From assembly GCA_963793425.1 (NCBI GenBank), contig CAWCAG010000005.1, positions 778,174-842,173 on the forward strand: DNA of 64,000 nt. The letters run 5' to 3'. Of this stretch, positions 9,626 through 20,078 are shown in pieces. Each line of letters begins with the position of its first letter. Position 1 is the first letter of the stretch. The translations under genes were made by a program, and so were the position numbers. Below the pieces are notes generated by a model. That model had not been told where the DNA came from. It saw nothing but the letters and a program-made list of their open reading frames with translations, and did not search any database. The stretch is from an uncultured cyanobacterium. GTDB lineage: Bacteria > Cyanobacteriota > Cyanobacteriia > Cyanobacteriales > CAWCAG01.

Positions 9626-10252
9626 ATGAGCATCCTTTCCCCAACGGCACAACCCGAATCCCAAACCCCAAACTCCCCGGAAACACGATACTATTCTCCA
9701 GAGGAATATCTCGCTTTAGAAGAAGCGGCAGATTATCGAAGCGAATACATTAACGGGGAAATTTTAACTATGGCAGGAGGCTCTACTAATCATAATCAAG
9801 TTGCTGGCAACTTATACATTGAACTCGGCTTTGCTTTCAAAAAGCTAGATTACCGAGTATTTATAGCCGATGTACGTTTGTGGATTCCCGCTAAAAATAC
9901 TTATACTTATCCTGATGTAATGGTAGTCAAAGGAGAACCAGAGTATCATAATAATCGCACTGATACCATTACCAATCCTTCACTAATTATCGAAGTACTC
10001 TCAAAATCAACTCAAAGTTACGACCGCGATCTTAAATTTCGCAGCTATCGTAGCATACCAACATTCCAGGAATATTTACTCTTTGAGCAAGATGAAATTT
10101 ATGTAGAACAATATGTTAAAACAGATACTAAGCGCTGGTCATTGCAGGAATATGATGAAACAGATGAAGCAATATCCTTTGCTGCTTTAGAAGGCAAAAT
10201 TGCCCTCACTGATGCTTATAACAAAGTGAAATTTGCCCAAGAAGTACTTTAA
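9626..10252 (+). CDS. Uma2-family (DUF820) putative endonuclease
   Basis: 208 aa. YYSPEEYLALEEAADYRSEYINGEI...MAGGSTNHNQVAGNLY is typical of the cyanobacterial Uma2 family. Confidence 0.8.
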   Translation: MSILSPTAQPESQTPNSPETRYYSPEEYLALEEAADYRSEYINGEILTMAGGSTNHNQVAGNLYIELGFAFKKLDYRVFIADVRLWIPAKNTYTYPDVMVVKGEPEYHNNRTDTITNPSLIIEVLSKSTQSYDRDLKFRSYRSIPTFQEYLLFEQDEIYVEQYVKTDTKRWSLQEYDETDEAISFAALEGKIALTDAYNKVKFAQEVL

Positions 10253-10334
10253 CTTTTGAATCACTGACTTAACGTTGTTCCTTGCTCTCAACAAATAGGC
10301 TACATTGAGGAAGTGTGCTTTTCAACAAGATTAA

Positions 10335-12158
10335 ATGACCATCCCTGCAAATTCACCCAGGAAAAGAAACCGCGAGAATGATTGGCGGTTGTTTCTAAAA
10401 CTTCTTCCCTACGCCCGTCGCAATCAAACAATCTTCTTTGTTTCCCTCGCTTTATTAATTCCCCTTTCTTTAGCTGGGGCAATCCAACCTCTGATTATTG
10501 GACAATCTATATCGCTATTGCGAGATGAACCTAGTTGGGGTTTTCTACAAGATTTGAGTTTAGCAGAAGGATTAAATACCCTTGTGGGCTTACTTTTGCT
10601 AACTATAATTTTACGGTTATTATTTAGTTCCCTCCAAGGCTATTTAGTACAGAAAGTAGGACAAGAAATCACCGCAGGAATTCGTGAGGACTTATTTGCC
10701 CACGTTACTTCCTTAGCAATGCGTTTCTTTGATAAAACCCCTGTAGGGAGGCTGGTAACACGCTTAACTAGTGACGTGGAAGCTTTGGGAGATGTTTTTG
10801 CTACTGGGGCAATTGGCATTGTTAGCGACATCGTTAATATTTTAATTATTATTGTCACCATCTTTTTATTGCAATGGAAATTAGCTTCCTTGCTTATTTT
10901 GATGTTGTTACCCATGACGGCTTTAATTATTTACTTTCAACATCAATATCGCCAAGCTAATTATAAAGTAAGAGAAGAACTTTCTACCCTTAATTCCATG
11001 TTGCAAGAAAATGTAGCTGGTATTAATATTGTGCAGTTATTTCGCCGGGAAAGCTTCAACGCGAAGATGTTTCGCCGGGTTAACCTCAGTTATCTCAAAG
11101 AAGTAGATAAAACTATCTTCCACGACTCAGCTATATCTGCTTCTTTAGAATGGATTTCTTTAGTAGCGATCGCAGGAGTATTATTATTAGGAGGTCGGGC
11201 TGTTTTAGGAGAAACTCTTACCTTCGGAGTCTTATCAGCTTTTATTCTTTATGCCCAGCGTTTCTTCGATCCTTTAAGGCGATTTGCTGAGAAGTTTACC
11301 ATGTTGCAAGCTGGTTTCACTGCTATTGAACGCATCAGCGAATTAATGAGTGAACCTGTAGAGATTAAAGATGCTGAAGGGTTACAGCTTAAAAATTTGC
11401 AAGTTAATAATTCCCTCAGTTCTAGCAAAAGTGGTGAGATTAAATTTGAGAATGTTTCCTTTGCTTACAAAGACGATGATTATGTCATCAAGAACTTAGA
11501 TTTTACCATCCATCCAGGAGAAAAAATTGCTTTAGTTGGGCCAACCGGGGCTGGGAAAAGTTCAATTATTCGCCTTCTCTGTCGCCTTTACGAACCTACT
11601 AAAGGGCGTATTATTATTGATGGCATTGATATCCGCGACTTAACCCAAGAAGAATTACGTCGTCATGTTGGTGTCATACTTCAAGAAAGTTTTCTTTTTG
11701 CCGGAGATGTGAAGCGTAATATTACCTTGGGAGAATCCTATAACTTAGAAGAAGTTAAGCAAGCTGCGATCGCCACGAATATTGATAACTTTATCCAACA
11801 ACTACCCCAAGGTTACGCGACTCAATTAAGAGAAAGGGGTACTAACTTATCTGGAGGACAAAAACAACTCCTCGCTTTTGCCCGTGTTGCCATTCGTGAT
11901 CCTCATATTTTAGTTTTAGATGAAGCCACAGCAAGTTTGGATGTGGGGACAGAAGCCTTAATTCAAGAAGCTTTAGAGAGCATTTTAGCAGAAAGAACCG
12001 CTATTATTATCGCTCACCGCCTTTCTACCATTCGCGATGTAGATCGGATTTTTGTACTTAAACGAGGCGAGTTAATCGAGTCAGGAAGTCATGAAGAGTT
12101 ATTGAATCAAGGGGGTATGTATGCAAGTTTGTATCGTTTGCAAATGCTTGAAGATTAG
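10335..12158 (+). CDS. ABC exporter, fused permease/ATPase
   Basis: 607 aa. Six-TM N-terminal half, Walker A GPTGAGKSS, signature LSGGQKQ and Walker B ILVLDEATA. Confidence 0.9.
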   Translation: MTIPANSPRKRNRENDWRLFLKLLPYARRNQTIFFVSLALLIPLSLAGAIQPLIIGQSISLLRDEPSWGFLQDLSLAEGLNTLVGLLLLTIILRLLFSSLQGYLVQKVGQEITAGIREDLFAHVTSLAMRFFDKTPVGRLVTRLTSDVEALGDVFATGAIGIVSDIVNILIIIVTIFLLQWKLASLLILMLLPMTALIIYFQHQYRQANYKVREELSTLNSMLQENVAGINIVQLFRRESFNAKMFRRVNLSYLKEVDKTIFHDSAISASLEWISLVAIAGVLLLGGRAVLGETLTFGVLSAFILYAQRFFDPLRRFAEKFTMLQAGFTAIERISELMSEPVEIKDAEGLQLKNLQVNNSLSSSKSGEIKFENVSFAYKDDDYVIKNLDFTIHPGEKIALVGPTGAGKSSIIRLLCRLYEPTKGRIIIDGIDIRDLTQEELRRHVGVILQESFLFAGDVKRNITLGESYNLEEVKQAAIATNIDNFIQQLPQGYATQLRERGTNLSGGQKQLLAFARVAIRDPHILVLDEATASLDVGTEALIQEALESILAERTAIIIAHRLSTIRDVDRIFVLKRGELIESGSHEELLNQGGMYASLYRLQMLED

Positions 12159-12297
12159 AGTTAGCTAATAAATCCTGCATCCTGAAAGTGATTAAACCTG
12201 GTGAAAGTTAGTTAGAAAGTAGCTTATTGCTTAACTACGCTCAATGTGAGCCAGCTTTAGGCTACAATTAAAGGCTGTGATTATTTTTCTTAAGACA

Positions 12298-12660
12298 ATG
12301 AAAACTGAAGAAATCATCCGCTCTATAGAAGCAGAACATATTAAAAAGGATCTGCCTACTATCCATATTGGCGATACCGTCCGGGTTGGGGTACGGATTC
12401 GCGAAGGCAACAAAGAAAGGGTACAGCCTTACGAAGGTACAGTCATTGCCCAACGTAACGGCGGTATAAGTGAAACCATCACTGTCCGCAAAGTCTTCCA
12501 AGGAGTAGGAGTAGAAAGGGTCTTTTTGCTTCATTCTCCTCGTATCGACAAAATTAAAATTATCCGCCGTGGTAAAGTTCGTCGAGCTAAATTGTATTAT
12601 TTGCGCGATCGCGTTGGTAAAGCAACTCGTATTAAACAGCGTTTCGACCGCTCTATTTAA
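12298..12660 (+). CDS. rplS: 50S ribosomal protein L19
   Basis: The track ORF starts at 12277, but the ATG at 12298 ([11 protein letters not shown]...) fits the L19 N-terminus. [27 protein letters not shown]. Confidence 0.93.
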   Translation: MKTEEIIRSIEAEHIKKDLPTIHIGDTVRVGVRIREGNKERVQPYEGTVIAQRNGGISETITVRKVFQGVGVERVFLLHSPRIDKIKIIRRGKVRRAKLYYLRDRVGKATRIKQRFDRSI

Positions 12661-12730
12661 ACAACTTGTGCCGCATTGAGTTACAATAAACGAGAGACAG
12701 GCTTAACTTTGGAGTAAAATCCGAAGCTCT

Positions 12731-12803
12731 GCGCTCTTAGTTCAGTTGGTAGAACGCGGGTCTCCAAAACCCGATGTCGGGGGTTCAAGTCCTCCAGGGC
12801 GCG
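12731..12803 (+). tRNA. trnW: tRNA-Trp (anticodon CCA)
   Basis: Cloverleaf folded by hand. Acceptor gcgctct/agggcgc, D arm gttc-agttggta-gaac, anticodon stem cgggt/acccg with loop ctCCAaa, and T arm ggggg-ttcaagt-cctcc. No 3' CCA is encoded. It sits in the classical position upstream of secE-nusG. Confidence 0.93.
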
Positions 12804-13020
12804 CTCTCAAAAAGCAATAAAACAAGTGCTTTTATCTTGGCTAGTCCTAGTAAAAGCATCCCCTGACCTGTGTTAGACTTCAATGTAAGAGATAACGCAA
12901 TTTCTGGGAATGTAATTAAAAGTGAGTGCAGAACTTTAAAACCTTAGAGTTCTTAGATTTTGTACTTTATAAATTCCCACATCATAAGCTATTCGGAATT
13001 AACGGGGGAGGGAATGGATA

Positions 13021-13260
13021 GTGGCAAAAAAAGACGTAGCACCAAAAGAAATAGCAACGGCTCAAGAAAGCAAAAGTTCTTCTGGGTTAGGTAAATTTTT
13101 CCAAGAAACTCAAGAGGAACTAAAAAAAATAGTTTGGCCATCTAGACAGCAGTTGATCAGCGAATCAGCCGCTGTAATATCAATGGTGATCTTGGTTGCT
13201 ACACTTATTTATTTTATCGACAAACTCTTCGCATGGGGAGCAGAGAAGGTATTCGGATGA
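13021..13260 (+). CDS. secE: preprotein translocase subunit SecE
   Basis: 79 aa with a GTG start preceded by GGGGGAGGG. Single C-terminal TM and KKIVWPSRQQL motif. Its position before nusG is typical. Confidence 0.85.
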   Translation: MAKKDVAPKEIATAQESKSSSGLGKFFQETQEELKKIVWPSRQQLISESAAVISMVILVATLIYFIDKLFAWGAEKVFG

Positions 13261-13880
13261 GTTTTGCAGAAGATGAGTCACCAGAAATACCAGAACAAGA
13301 GGCTCAAAGAAAACCAAAAAGCGGTCGCTGGTATGCCGTACAAGTCGCTTCTGGTTGTGAGAAGCGGGTAAAAGCCAACTTAGAGCAGCGCATCCATACC
13401 CTAGATGTGGCTGACAAAGTTTTTCAGGTACAAATCCCCCATACACCAACGGTAAAAATCCGTAAAGATGGTTCTCGCCAACATAGTGAGGAGAAAGTTT
13501 TTCCTGGCTACGTTTTAGTTAAAATGACCATGGACGATGACGCTTGGCAAGCGGTGAAAAACACCCCTAATGTCATCAACTTCGTCGGTGCAGAACAAAA
13601 GCGCCGTTATGGTAGGGGGAGAGGCCATGTTAAACCAATGCCTCTAAGTCCAGGGGAAGTAGAACGTATCTTCAAACAAACCCAAGAACAAGAACCAGTA
13701 GTCAAAATCGACATGGCTGTGGGAGACAAAATTGCTGTTCTCTCTGGGCCATTTAAAGAATTTGAAGGAGAAGTAATTGAAGTTAGCCCAGAAAGGAGCA
13801 AATTAAAAGCACTTCTCTCTATCTTTGGGCGAGATACACCAGTAGAATTGGAATTTAATCAGGTTGAGAAACAAAATTAA
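13257..13880 (+). CDS. nusG: transcription termination/antitermination factor NusG
   Basis: The ATG at 13257 overlaps the secE stop (ATGA). [25 protein letters not shown] and a C-terminal KOW domain. Confidence 0.93.
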   Translation: MSFAEDESPEIPEQEAQRKPKSGRWYAVQVASGCEKRVKANLEQRIHTLDVADKVFQVQIPHTPTVKIRKDGSRQHSEEKVFPGYVLVKMTMDDDAWQAVKNTPNVINFVGAEQKRRYGRGRGHVKPMPLSPGEVERIFKQTQEQEPVVKIDMAVGDKIAVLSGPFKEFEGEVIEVSPERSKLKALLSIFGRDTPVELEFNQVEKQN

Positions 13881-13882
13881 AG

Positions 13883-14308
13883 ATGGCAAAAAAAGTTGTT
13901 GCGCTGATTAAGCTAGCCTTACCAGCAGGGAAAGCTAACCCAGCTCCTCCCGTAGGCCCTGCATTAGGTCAACATGGTGTCAACATCATGGCATTCTGTA
14001 AAGAATACAACGCCCGTACTGCTGACCAAGTAGGAACGGTGATCCCCGTAGAAATTTCGGTTTATGAAGACCGGAGTTTTACCTTCGCCCTAAAAACTCC
14101 ACCAGCCTCAGTTTTGATTCGTAAAGCTGCGGGGGTGGAAAAAGGAGCGAGTGAACCAAACAAACAAAAGGTTGGTACAATTACCCGCGCCCAACTCCAA
14201 GAGATAGCCCAAACAAAAATGCCTGACCTTAATGCTAATGATATTGAGGCAGCGATGAAAATTGTCGAAGGCACTGCTCGTAACATGGGCGTTGGCGTTG
14301 AGGGTTAA
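13883..14308 (+). CDS. rplK: 50S ribosomal protein L11
   Basis: 141 aa. [30 protein letters not shown]. Confidence 0.95.
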   Translation: MAKKVVALIKLALPAGKANPAPPVGPALGQHGVNIMAFCKEYNARTADQVGTVIPVEISVYEDRSFTFALKTPPASVLIRKAAGVEKGASEPNKQKVGTITRAQLQEIAQTKMPDLNANDIEAAMKIVEGTARNMGVGVEG

Positions 14309-14376
14309 AGTAAAATTAAGCATAAAAGCAAACTAGGGGAGAAGCCAAAGCTTCGTTAAGACCCAAGGAGAAATAA

Positions 14377-15093
14377 ATGGCCAAAAAACTATCCCGTCGC
14401 ATCAAAGCGGCTTTAGCAAAAATTGAAGACCGGGCTTACGAACCCTTAGAAGCTATCAACCTCATGAAGGAAACAGCCACAGCCAAGTTTGAGGAAACGG
14501 CTGAGGTGCATATCCGCTTAGGAATTGATCCTAAATATACAGACCAACAGCTACGAACTACTGTTAGCTTACCCAAAGGTACAGGACAAGAAGTACGGGT
14601 AGCAGTAATTGCTAGGGGTGAAAAAGTCACCGAAGCCCAAGAAGCTGGCGCTGATGTGGCGGGTTCAGAAGAATTGATTGAAGAAATCCAAAAAGGTATG
14701 ATGGATTTCGATATCTTAATTGCTACCCCAGATATGATGCCAAAAGTAGCCAGGTTAGGCCGCTTACTGGGTCCTCGTGGCTTAATGCCCTCCCCAAAAG
14801 GAGGAACTGTCACAGCAGATTTACAAAGTGCGATCGCCGCATTTAAAGCTGGTAAATTAGAATTTCGCGCTGACAGAACAGGCATTGTTCATGTTATGTT
14901 TGGTAAGGTATCTTTCCCCAGTGAAGACCTTTTGGTCAACCTCAAAGCCTTACAGGAAACTGTAGAACGCAACCGTCCACCGGGAGCGAAAGGCCGTTAC
15001 TGGCGGAGTATGTATGTTTCTTCCACTATGGGACCATCTGTAGAGGTAGATATCACTGCTCTTCGAGACATAAAAACCCTTGAAGCTGCTTAA
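14377..15093 (+). CDS. rplA: 50S ribosomal protein L1
   Basis: 238 aa. Typical L1 sequence ([21 protein letters not shown]). Confidence 0.95.
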   Translation: MAKKLSRRIKAALAKIEDRAYEPLEAINLMKETATAKFEETAEVHIRLGIDPKYTDQQLRTTVSLPKGTGQEVRVAVIARGEKVTEAQEAGADVAGSEELIEEIQKGMMDFDILIATPDMMPKVARLGRLLGPRGLMPSPKGGTVTADLQSAIAAFKAGKLEFRADRTGIVHVMFGKVSFPSEDLLVNLKALQETVERNRPPGAKGRYWRSMYVSSTMGPSVEVDITALRDIKTLEAA

Positions 15094-15267
15094 AAATAAG
15101 GAGAATTTGCTCAATAGCATTAACTAAACAATTAAATCGGCTTATGCCAAAGACAGCAGGGGATAGCTTACTAACTTAATTATCCTGCCGAGGTTAATGC
15201 CTGGAGTTTATGTCATCACGAATTACGGCGGTGGTGTATATCTAAAAACTCTGAGCAAATTCTTAAC

Positions 15268-15297
15268 AACCCCGGCATCAAGTCGGGGTTGATTTTT
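15268..15297 (+). terminator. intrinsic terminator/attenuator hairpin in the rplA-rplJ spacer (L10-leader region)
   Basis: Stem aaccccg / cggggtt (7 bp) with a 9-nt loop, followed by gaTTTTT. It lies in a 274-nt spacer ahead of rplJ. Confidence 0.55.
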
Positions 15298-15306
15298 GGG
15301 GTTTAA

Positions 15307-15350
15307 TGTAGCCTACGGCAAGGAAGTGCGCCAACAATGATCAATGAAAT
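15307..15350 (+). repeat. dispersed ~25-45-nt repeat (TGTAGCCTAnCGGCAA...GCG...AATGnTCAATG), copy 1
   Basis: It matches 52261-52300 over ~40 nt and 52062-52086 over ~25 nt. Confidence 0.5.
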
Positions 15351-15367
15351 AAGGAGGTGAAAAGAAT

Positions 15368-15934
15368 ATGGGACGAAGCTTTGCAGATAAGCAAGAAGTT
15401 GTTGCCAATCTAATCGAAGAATTGAGCGATACTCAACTGGCCTTAGTTATAGACTACAAAGGTTTATCCGTTGCTGAAATTAGCGAATTGCGGAATCGCT
15501 TACGTCCGACTGGTACTACTTGCAAAGTCACTAAAAATACTTTGATGAATATTGCCATCAAAGAGGACGAAAACTGGCAACCAATGCAGGAATTTCTCAA
15601 AGATTCCTCAGCATTTTTGCTAGTTAAAGATGACCTTGGTGGTGCAATCAAGGCCTACCAAGGATTTCAAAAAGAAACTAAAAAAACCACCTTCCGTGGT
15701 GGTGTGATGCAAGGGAGGGCCTTAAGCGAAGACGATGTTAAGGCGATCGCGGAACTACCATCGAAAGAGGAACTTATGGCCAAAATTGCTGGCGGACTCA
15801 ATGCCTTAGCTACCAAGTTAGCTGTAGGTATCAACGAAGTACCAACTTCTTTGGGTCGCGGCATCAACGAAGTACCTGGTTCCCTAGGTCGAGTCTTACA
15901 AGCTGTTTCTCAGCAAAAAGAAGGCGGCGAATAA
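15368..15934 (+). CDS. rplJ: 50S ribosomal protein L10
   Basis: 188 aa with AGGAGG upstream. Typical L10 N-terminal half and position before rplL. Confidence 0.93.
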   Translation: MGRSFADKQEVVANLIEELSDTQLALVIDYKGLSVAEISELRNRLRPTGTTCKVTKNTLMNIAIKEDENWQPMQEFLKDSSAFLLVKDDLGGAIKAYQGFQKETKKTTFRGGVMQGRALSEDDVKAIAELPSKEELMAKIAGGLNALATKLAVGINEVPTSLGRGINEVPGSLGRVLQAVSQQKEGGE

Positions 15935-15983
15935 TTATTTACGCCCCTAAATCCAAATTTAAAACAATACAAGGAGAGTCTAA

Positions 15984-16379
15984 ATGTCTGCTACAACCGA
16001 CGAAATCTTAGAAAAATTAAAATCCCTAACCTTATTAGAGGCTTCTGAATTAGTTAAACAAATTGAAGATACCTTTGATGTCAGTGCTGCTGCTCCTGTG
16101 GGCGGTATGATGGCCATGGCTCCTGCTGCTGCTGGTGGCGGTGCATCTGCGGCTGAAGAAGAAGAGCAGACCGAATTTGATGTTATTTTAGAAGACTTCG
16201 GTGCTAACAAAATTGCTGTCCTAAAGGTAGTACGTTCTATCACTGGTTTAGGTCTTAAAGAGGCTAAAGAAGTCGTGGAATCTGCTCCTAAGCCTGTTAA
16301 AGAAGCCGTAAGCAAAGAAGATGCTGAAGATATGAAAAAGCAGCTAGAAGAAGCTGGTGCTAAGGCTAGCGTTAAGTAG
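15984..16379 (+). CDS. rplL: 50S ribosomal protein L7/L12
   Basis: 131 aa. Ala/Gly hinge and [24 protein letters not shown]. Confidence 0.95.
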   Translation: MSATTDEILEKLKSLTLLEASELVKQIEDTFDVSAAAPVGGMMAMAPAAAGGGASAAEEEEQTEFDVILEDFGANKIAVLKVVRSITGLGLKEAKEVVESAPKPVKEAVSKEDAEDMKKQLEEAGAKASVK

Positions 16380-16388
16380 AAGAAAGTT

Positions 16389-16419
16389 TGTAGAGACGTT
16401 GTTGTTTCGCGTCTCTACA
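16389..16419 (+). terminator. hairpin downstream of rplL (tgtagagacg / cgtctctaca)
   Basis: Perfect 10-bp stem with an 11-nt loop, 10 nt after the rplL stop. There is no trailing T-run, so terminator function is uncertain. Confidence 0.35.
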
Positions 16420-16428
16420 ACTTAGCTT

Positions 16429-17481
16429 GTGGAAAATAAGCTATTGAAAATTAACTGGAAATTTTCAGCAATTCTTGCTTTAGGAATCGTACTCTTGCCT
16501 TTTCCTGCCCTTGCAAATGTAGGAACACCTTTGATATGGGCTAGAATTTCACATCTCCTACTCGGCAATGCCATTATTGGTTCAGCAGAAGCATTCTTAC
16601 TGACAAAACTGTTTCATACTCCCAAATGGCCATCAGTTTGGCTACTATATGCCGCTAACTACCTATCGGCTTGGGTAGGAGCATTCTTGCTCACAAATAG
16701 GCTATCTAGTATCCCCAGTATTACTATTGAGAATGCCCAAATCTGGCTCTGGATCTGCGTTCCTTTCGCTTTTGCAGTCACGTTATTGATCGAATACCCC
16801 TTCTTTTGGTTTCTACTCCGGAAGCAGGAAAGGTCAATTACTAAAGCTATTAAGGCGACACTAATTATTCACGGCATTAGTTATCTGCTGTTATTCGGTT
16901 GGTATAGCTTATCTAGCCAAACAAGTATGTTAACTCAGCTTGAGGTAGTCGCAGCCCAGGAGATACAGCCCCAGGAAGAATATGAGCTTTATTTTATTAC
17001 CCCTGATGGCAAGCAAGTTATTCGTTCAAACCTTGAAGGGAAAAACCAAAAGGTTGTCAAGGATCTTGAAGCTATAGAGAGAGATAGCAAACTTGTTGTA
17101 CGCCAAGACGAAGAAAGTAGATTTGATCTTCTTGTCGATAACGAGGTTATCCTTACTAATTTTGCCTCTCTAGCCGGCGATCGTCCCCAATTTTATGAGG
17201 AAGTAACCAAGCTTACTGAAAATAGTGACTGGGAATACCGTACTATAGTTTGGGCAGCAGGAGGAATTATTGGTAATAACCAGAAAGAGAATTCAGGATT
17301 CCAATTTGCCATTGAGACACCTTTTGCAGCTTGGAGGGTAAGCAATGCGACTCACCTTGAAGGGGATGCCGTTGTCTTTCAACTTGGAGACAATCAAGTG
17401 TGTATCCTACAGCCTCAAGAAAAAATTATAGCATTGATTGCACGGGGCAAGGAACCAGTTGTGGTGAAACCTAAATCATAA
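16429..17481 (+). CDS. hypothetical membrane protein (4-5 TM N-terminal half, soluble C-terminal half)
   Basis: 350-aa ORF with a GTG start. The first 170 aa contain hydrophobic segments. I recognise no family. Confidence 0.55.
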   Translation: MENKLLKINWKFSAILALGIVLLPFPALANVGTPLIWARISHLLLGNAIIGSAEAFLLTKLFHTPKWPSVWLLYAANYLSAWVGAFLLTNRLSSIPSITIENAQIWLWICVPFAFAVTLLIEYPFFWFLLRKQERSITKAIKATLIIHGISYLLLFGWYSLSSQTSMLTQLEVVAAQEIQPQEEYELYFITPDGKQVIRSNLEGKNQKVVKDLEAIERDSKLVVRQDEESRFDLLVDNEVILTNFASLAGDRPQFYEEVTKLTENSDWEYRTIVWAAGGIIGNNQKENSGFQFAIETPFAAWRVSNATHLEGDAVVFQLGDNQVCILQPQEKIIALIARGKEPVVVKPKS

Positions 17482-17631
17482 ATTGAGATTATGTAGTGGC
17501 AACCAATATAAACTAAAATTATTTCCCAGGTGATAATTGTTAAAATAAATCTTGCTCTATCAGGTAGTAATAAAATACTGATAATTATCAAGAGTATCAA
17601 CTATCATTTTATGATAACAATGAAAGCCAGA

Positions 17632-18960
17632 TTACAAAAGATTCCGTGCTTTAAGGCGTAAATATTGTTCAACTAACTCTTCACTAATTTGATTAGCTGG
17701 GGCATCAAGGACAAGAACACCTTTTTGTTTAAGTTGGGCGAAAGCAACTTCTCTTTGGGATAATAAATCTAAAGCTACCGCCCGGCTATAAGCTGTTTCT
17801 ACTTTCCCTTGTTGTTTGTTTTCGATGGTGTTGGCAGTATGGGCAATTACATCAACTTGGGGATCGCGGAGAGTAACGCATAAAGGTAAATAACGGGGAG
17901 TTAAACGCATTAAAGAAGCGAGAAGTTCAGCAGAAGCCGTGGTATCAACTATATCAGTAATTAATACTACCAAAGCACGACGAGTTTGCTGATTAACTAA
18001 TTTGGTAATCGCCCCCATATAATCTGGTTCTAATAATACTGGTTGAATGGGAGTCAGGCGTTCAATTAATTTGGGGAGATGGTTTTGTCCCCTTTCTGGA
18101 GGTATCCAAGTGGTAACTTCTCGATCAAAAACTCCTACTCCCACGCGATCGCCTCGATTTAATCCAGCTAAGGCTAAAGAAAGAGTTGCATTTAAGCCCC
18201 AATCAAAACGGGTTAAGCCTTGTACTTGGGCTGTCATTAAGCGCCCTCGGTCTAATAAAATAATTAAGGTTTGCTCTTTTTCTGGTTCTAAAACCCTAAC
18301 TAAAGGGCGAGAACGACGGGCAGTTGCTTTCCAATCAATTAATCTGGTATCGTCACCAGTGCTATATTCCCGCAATTCGCTAAATTCTGTTCCTGTTCCT
18401 AAACGCTTCGCTTGGCGCATTGAACCAGTATTTTCTAAAGCAAGGCGAATAGAAAGCGATCGCAAGCCAATTAAGTCAGGATAGACAGCTACTTTTTGTT
18501 GCGCCGATACCTGCCAATCGTACCATCCTAAACCCCAAGGTCCTAATTGCCTAACCTGTATATTTCCCCAAAGGAATTCCCCTCGACTGTTTGGGTAAAC
18601 TGTGTAAGTAAGTTCCTCGCTTGTATTAGAGGCAAGGGTTTGTTGAAGAGTAGATTGGGGAACATTAAACTGGAGAGGGTAGTAATCTTTAATAAGGACA
18701 GAGGCAGGAGTTTTTGATGATCGCAGGGATAATGTTACACGATTGTCTCGACCGACAGAAAGCCTTTCTGTGTGATGGCGCTTAATTTCTACTCGGTTTG
18801 CTTTAACTCTCAAAGCATCTATGACACCTAACAGTAAGACTACAGCATCATAAATTAGGACAACCACCACTGCTATTTGTAAATTTTTCAAAATAGCCAC
18901 AAAAATAGCGATCGCTATTCCTAAACTTAAGAGTAAGTAAACTAAGCGAGAAGGAATCAT
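17632..18960 (-). CDS. DUF58 domain protein (vWA-like, MoxR-associated family)
   Basis: 442 aa. Two N-terminal TM segments and the hallmark REYSTGDDTRLIDWKATARR. Confidence 0.8.
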   Translation of the reverse strand: MIPSRLVYLLLSLGIAIAIFVAILKNLQIAVVVVLIYDAVVLLLGVIDALRVKANRVEIKRHHTERLSVGRDNRVTLSLRSSKTPASVLIKDYYPLQFNVPQSTLQQTLASNTSEELTYTVYPNSRGEFLWGNIQVRQLGPWGLGWYDWQVSAQQKVAVYPDLIGLRSLSIRLALENTGSMRQAKRLGTGTEFSELREYSTGDDTRLIDWKATARRSRPLVRVLEPEKEQTLIILLDRGRLMTAQVQGLTRFDWGLNATLSLALAGLNRGDRVGVGVFDREVTTWIPPERGQNHLPKLIERLTPIQPVLLEPDYMGAITKLVNQQTRRALVVLITDIVDTTASAELLASLMRLTPRYLPLCVTLRDPQVDVIAHTANTIENKQQGKVETAYSRAVALDLLSQREVAFAQLKQKGVLVLDAPANQISEELVEQYLRLKARNLL

Positions 18961-18982
18961 AGATAAAGGAACTGATTAAAGT

Positions 18983-20041
18983 ATGAAGTTATTTCATAAT
19001 GGGCTTAAAGATTTATTATTACTCAATAAATACAGTTCTGGGAAAAAGATTGGTTTTCTCTCTATTGAAACTGATTTACCAGAGCTATTTGTCAAGCTAA
19101 CTAAAGCTTTACCTAGCTACGCCTTTGGTTTACATATTCGTCGGGAATATCGCCATATTATGATGGCATTGAGGGGATTTCAACTTCAAGATGCTGAGGC
19201 TTTATTTGTGTTTGAAATTTATTCTCAACATTTACTATTAACTCTTCCTTTATTAGCCTTAACAGGAAAAGAAGTTTTACTAAGTTTACATGGCAATCAA
19301 CAATTTGCTATGAACAGTAAAGTTAAATATTTAGGTTTACTTTATCTCAAGTTGTTTTTAAATCTACCTACTTTTAAGGCTTTAACTTTAGAAATAGATG
19401 ATGATGTTATTCCAGAGAAATATCAATTACCAGATAACTCCAAACTAATTATTCCTCATCCTATACTTAGTGATATTAAACCTAATTTGAAACCAGGGGA
19501 AAGATGGCCAGAAGAACGCCCGATTAAAGTTGGCGTAGTTGGTATGATTAGGGCAGATAAACCTATTGCTAAACTTATTGAGGAATTGCAGCAATATATT
19601 ACTCAATCTCAACATAATTGTGAGTTAATTATTGGTACTCCTTTTTGGCAGAAACCAGATTATTTAAATGAAATAAATGCTACTCTTGTCGATACAGCAA
19701 AAGAGGAAGATTACCTCAAAGTTTTACAACAAATTGATATTTTAGTTATTCATTATGACCAAGAGCGCTATTATTATCGTACTAGTGGCGTAATCAGCGA
19801 TGCTGGGAGTTGTGGTTGCTATATTGTTGCTTCTGATTATCCAGTTATTAAACATCAAGTTGACTGGCCTGTTAAAATTGGCTCAACCTTTAAAGAGTTT
19901 GGAGAAATAGGTTCAATTATTGATGCAGCAATTCCACAAATTCGTTCTCAAGGACAAGACAATCACTGGTTATGGCGAGAAGGAAGAAATGCCGAGGCGA
20001 TCGCTAAAATTCTTTTTCAAAACTCTCAATTGTCTGATTAA
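18983..20041 (+). CDS. hypothetical protein, possibly a GT-B-fold glycosyltransferase-like protein
   Basis: 352-aa ORF. The only hint is a C-terminal segment YRTSGVISDAGSCGCYIVASDYPVI that resembles GT4 nucleotide-sugar binding motifs. Confidence 0.4.
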   Translation: MKLFHNGLKDLLLLNKYSSGKKIGFLSIETDLPELFVKLTKALPSYAFGLHIRREYRHIMMALRGFQLQDAEALFVFEIYSQHLLLTLPLLALTGKEVLLSLHGNQQFAMNSKVKYLGLLYLKLFLNLPTFKALTLEIDDDVIPEKYQLPDNSKLIIPHPILSDIKPNLKPGERWPEERPIKVGVVGMIRADKPIAKLIEELQQYITQSQHNCELIIGTPFWQKPDYLNEINATLVDTAKEEDYLKVLQQIDILVIHYDQERYYYRTSGVISDAGSCGCYIVASDYPVIKHQVDWPVKIGSTFKEFGEIGSIIDAAIPQIRSQGQDNHWLWREGRNAEAIAKILFQNSQLSD

Positions 20042-20078
20042 GTCTTAAATAAACCCTATGTCTCATAATAAATGTTCT

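Noticed and set aside
14436-16315. Long antisense ORFs inside ribosomal protein genes (14436-14885 149 aa; 15980-16315 111 aa; also 14062-14323, 15454-15867).
   Set aside because: They are shadow frames opposite highly conserved rplK/rplA/rplJ/rplL coding sequence. Their translations are low complexity (Ala/Ser/Pro-rich) with no recognisable motifs.
17415-17600. A 61-aa hydrophobic minus-strand ORF downstream of the 350-aa membrane protein gene.
   Set aside because: It overlaps the 3' end of that gene. Its hydrophobicity comes from translating AT-rich DNA (Ile/Leu-rich), and there is no independent support.
18047-18484. A 145-aa + strand ORF inside the DUF58 gene. The same class includes 2772-3035, 8601-9586, 10300-10915, 20699-21205, 23950-24660, 26093-26305, 30065-30403, 31357-32650, 34465-35402, 36893-37826, 39780-40526, 43228-43419, 44236-45301, 48249-48446, 50661-50861, 52596-53029, 53618-55167, 58820-59122 and 60840-61637.
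   Set aside because: Each overlaps a longer ORF on the other strand or frame that has clear family motifs. None has motifs of its own, and several are Arg/Ser/Pro-rich as expected for antisense frames.
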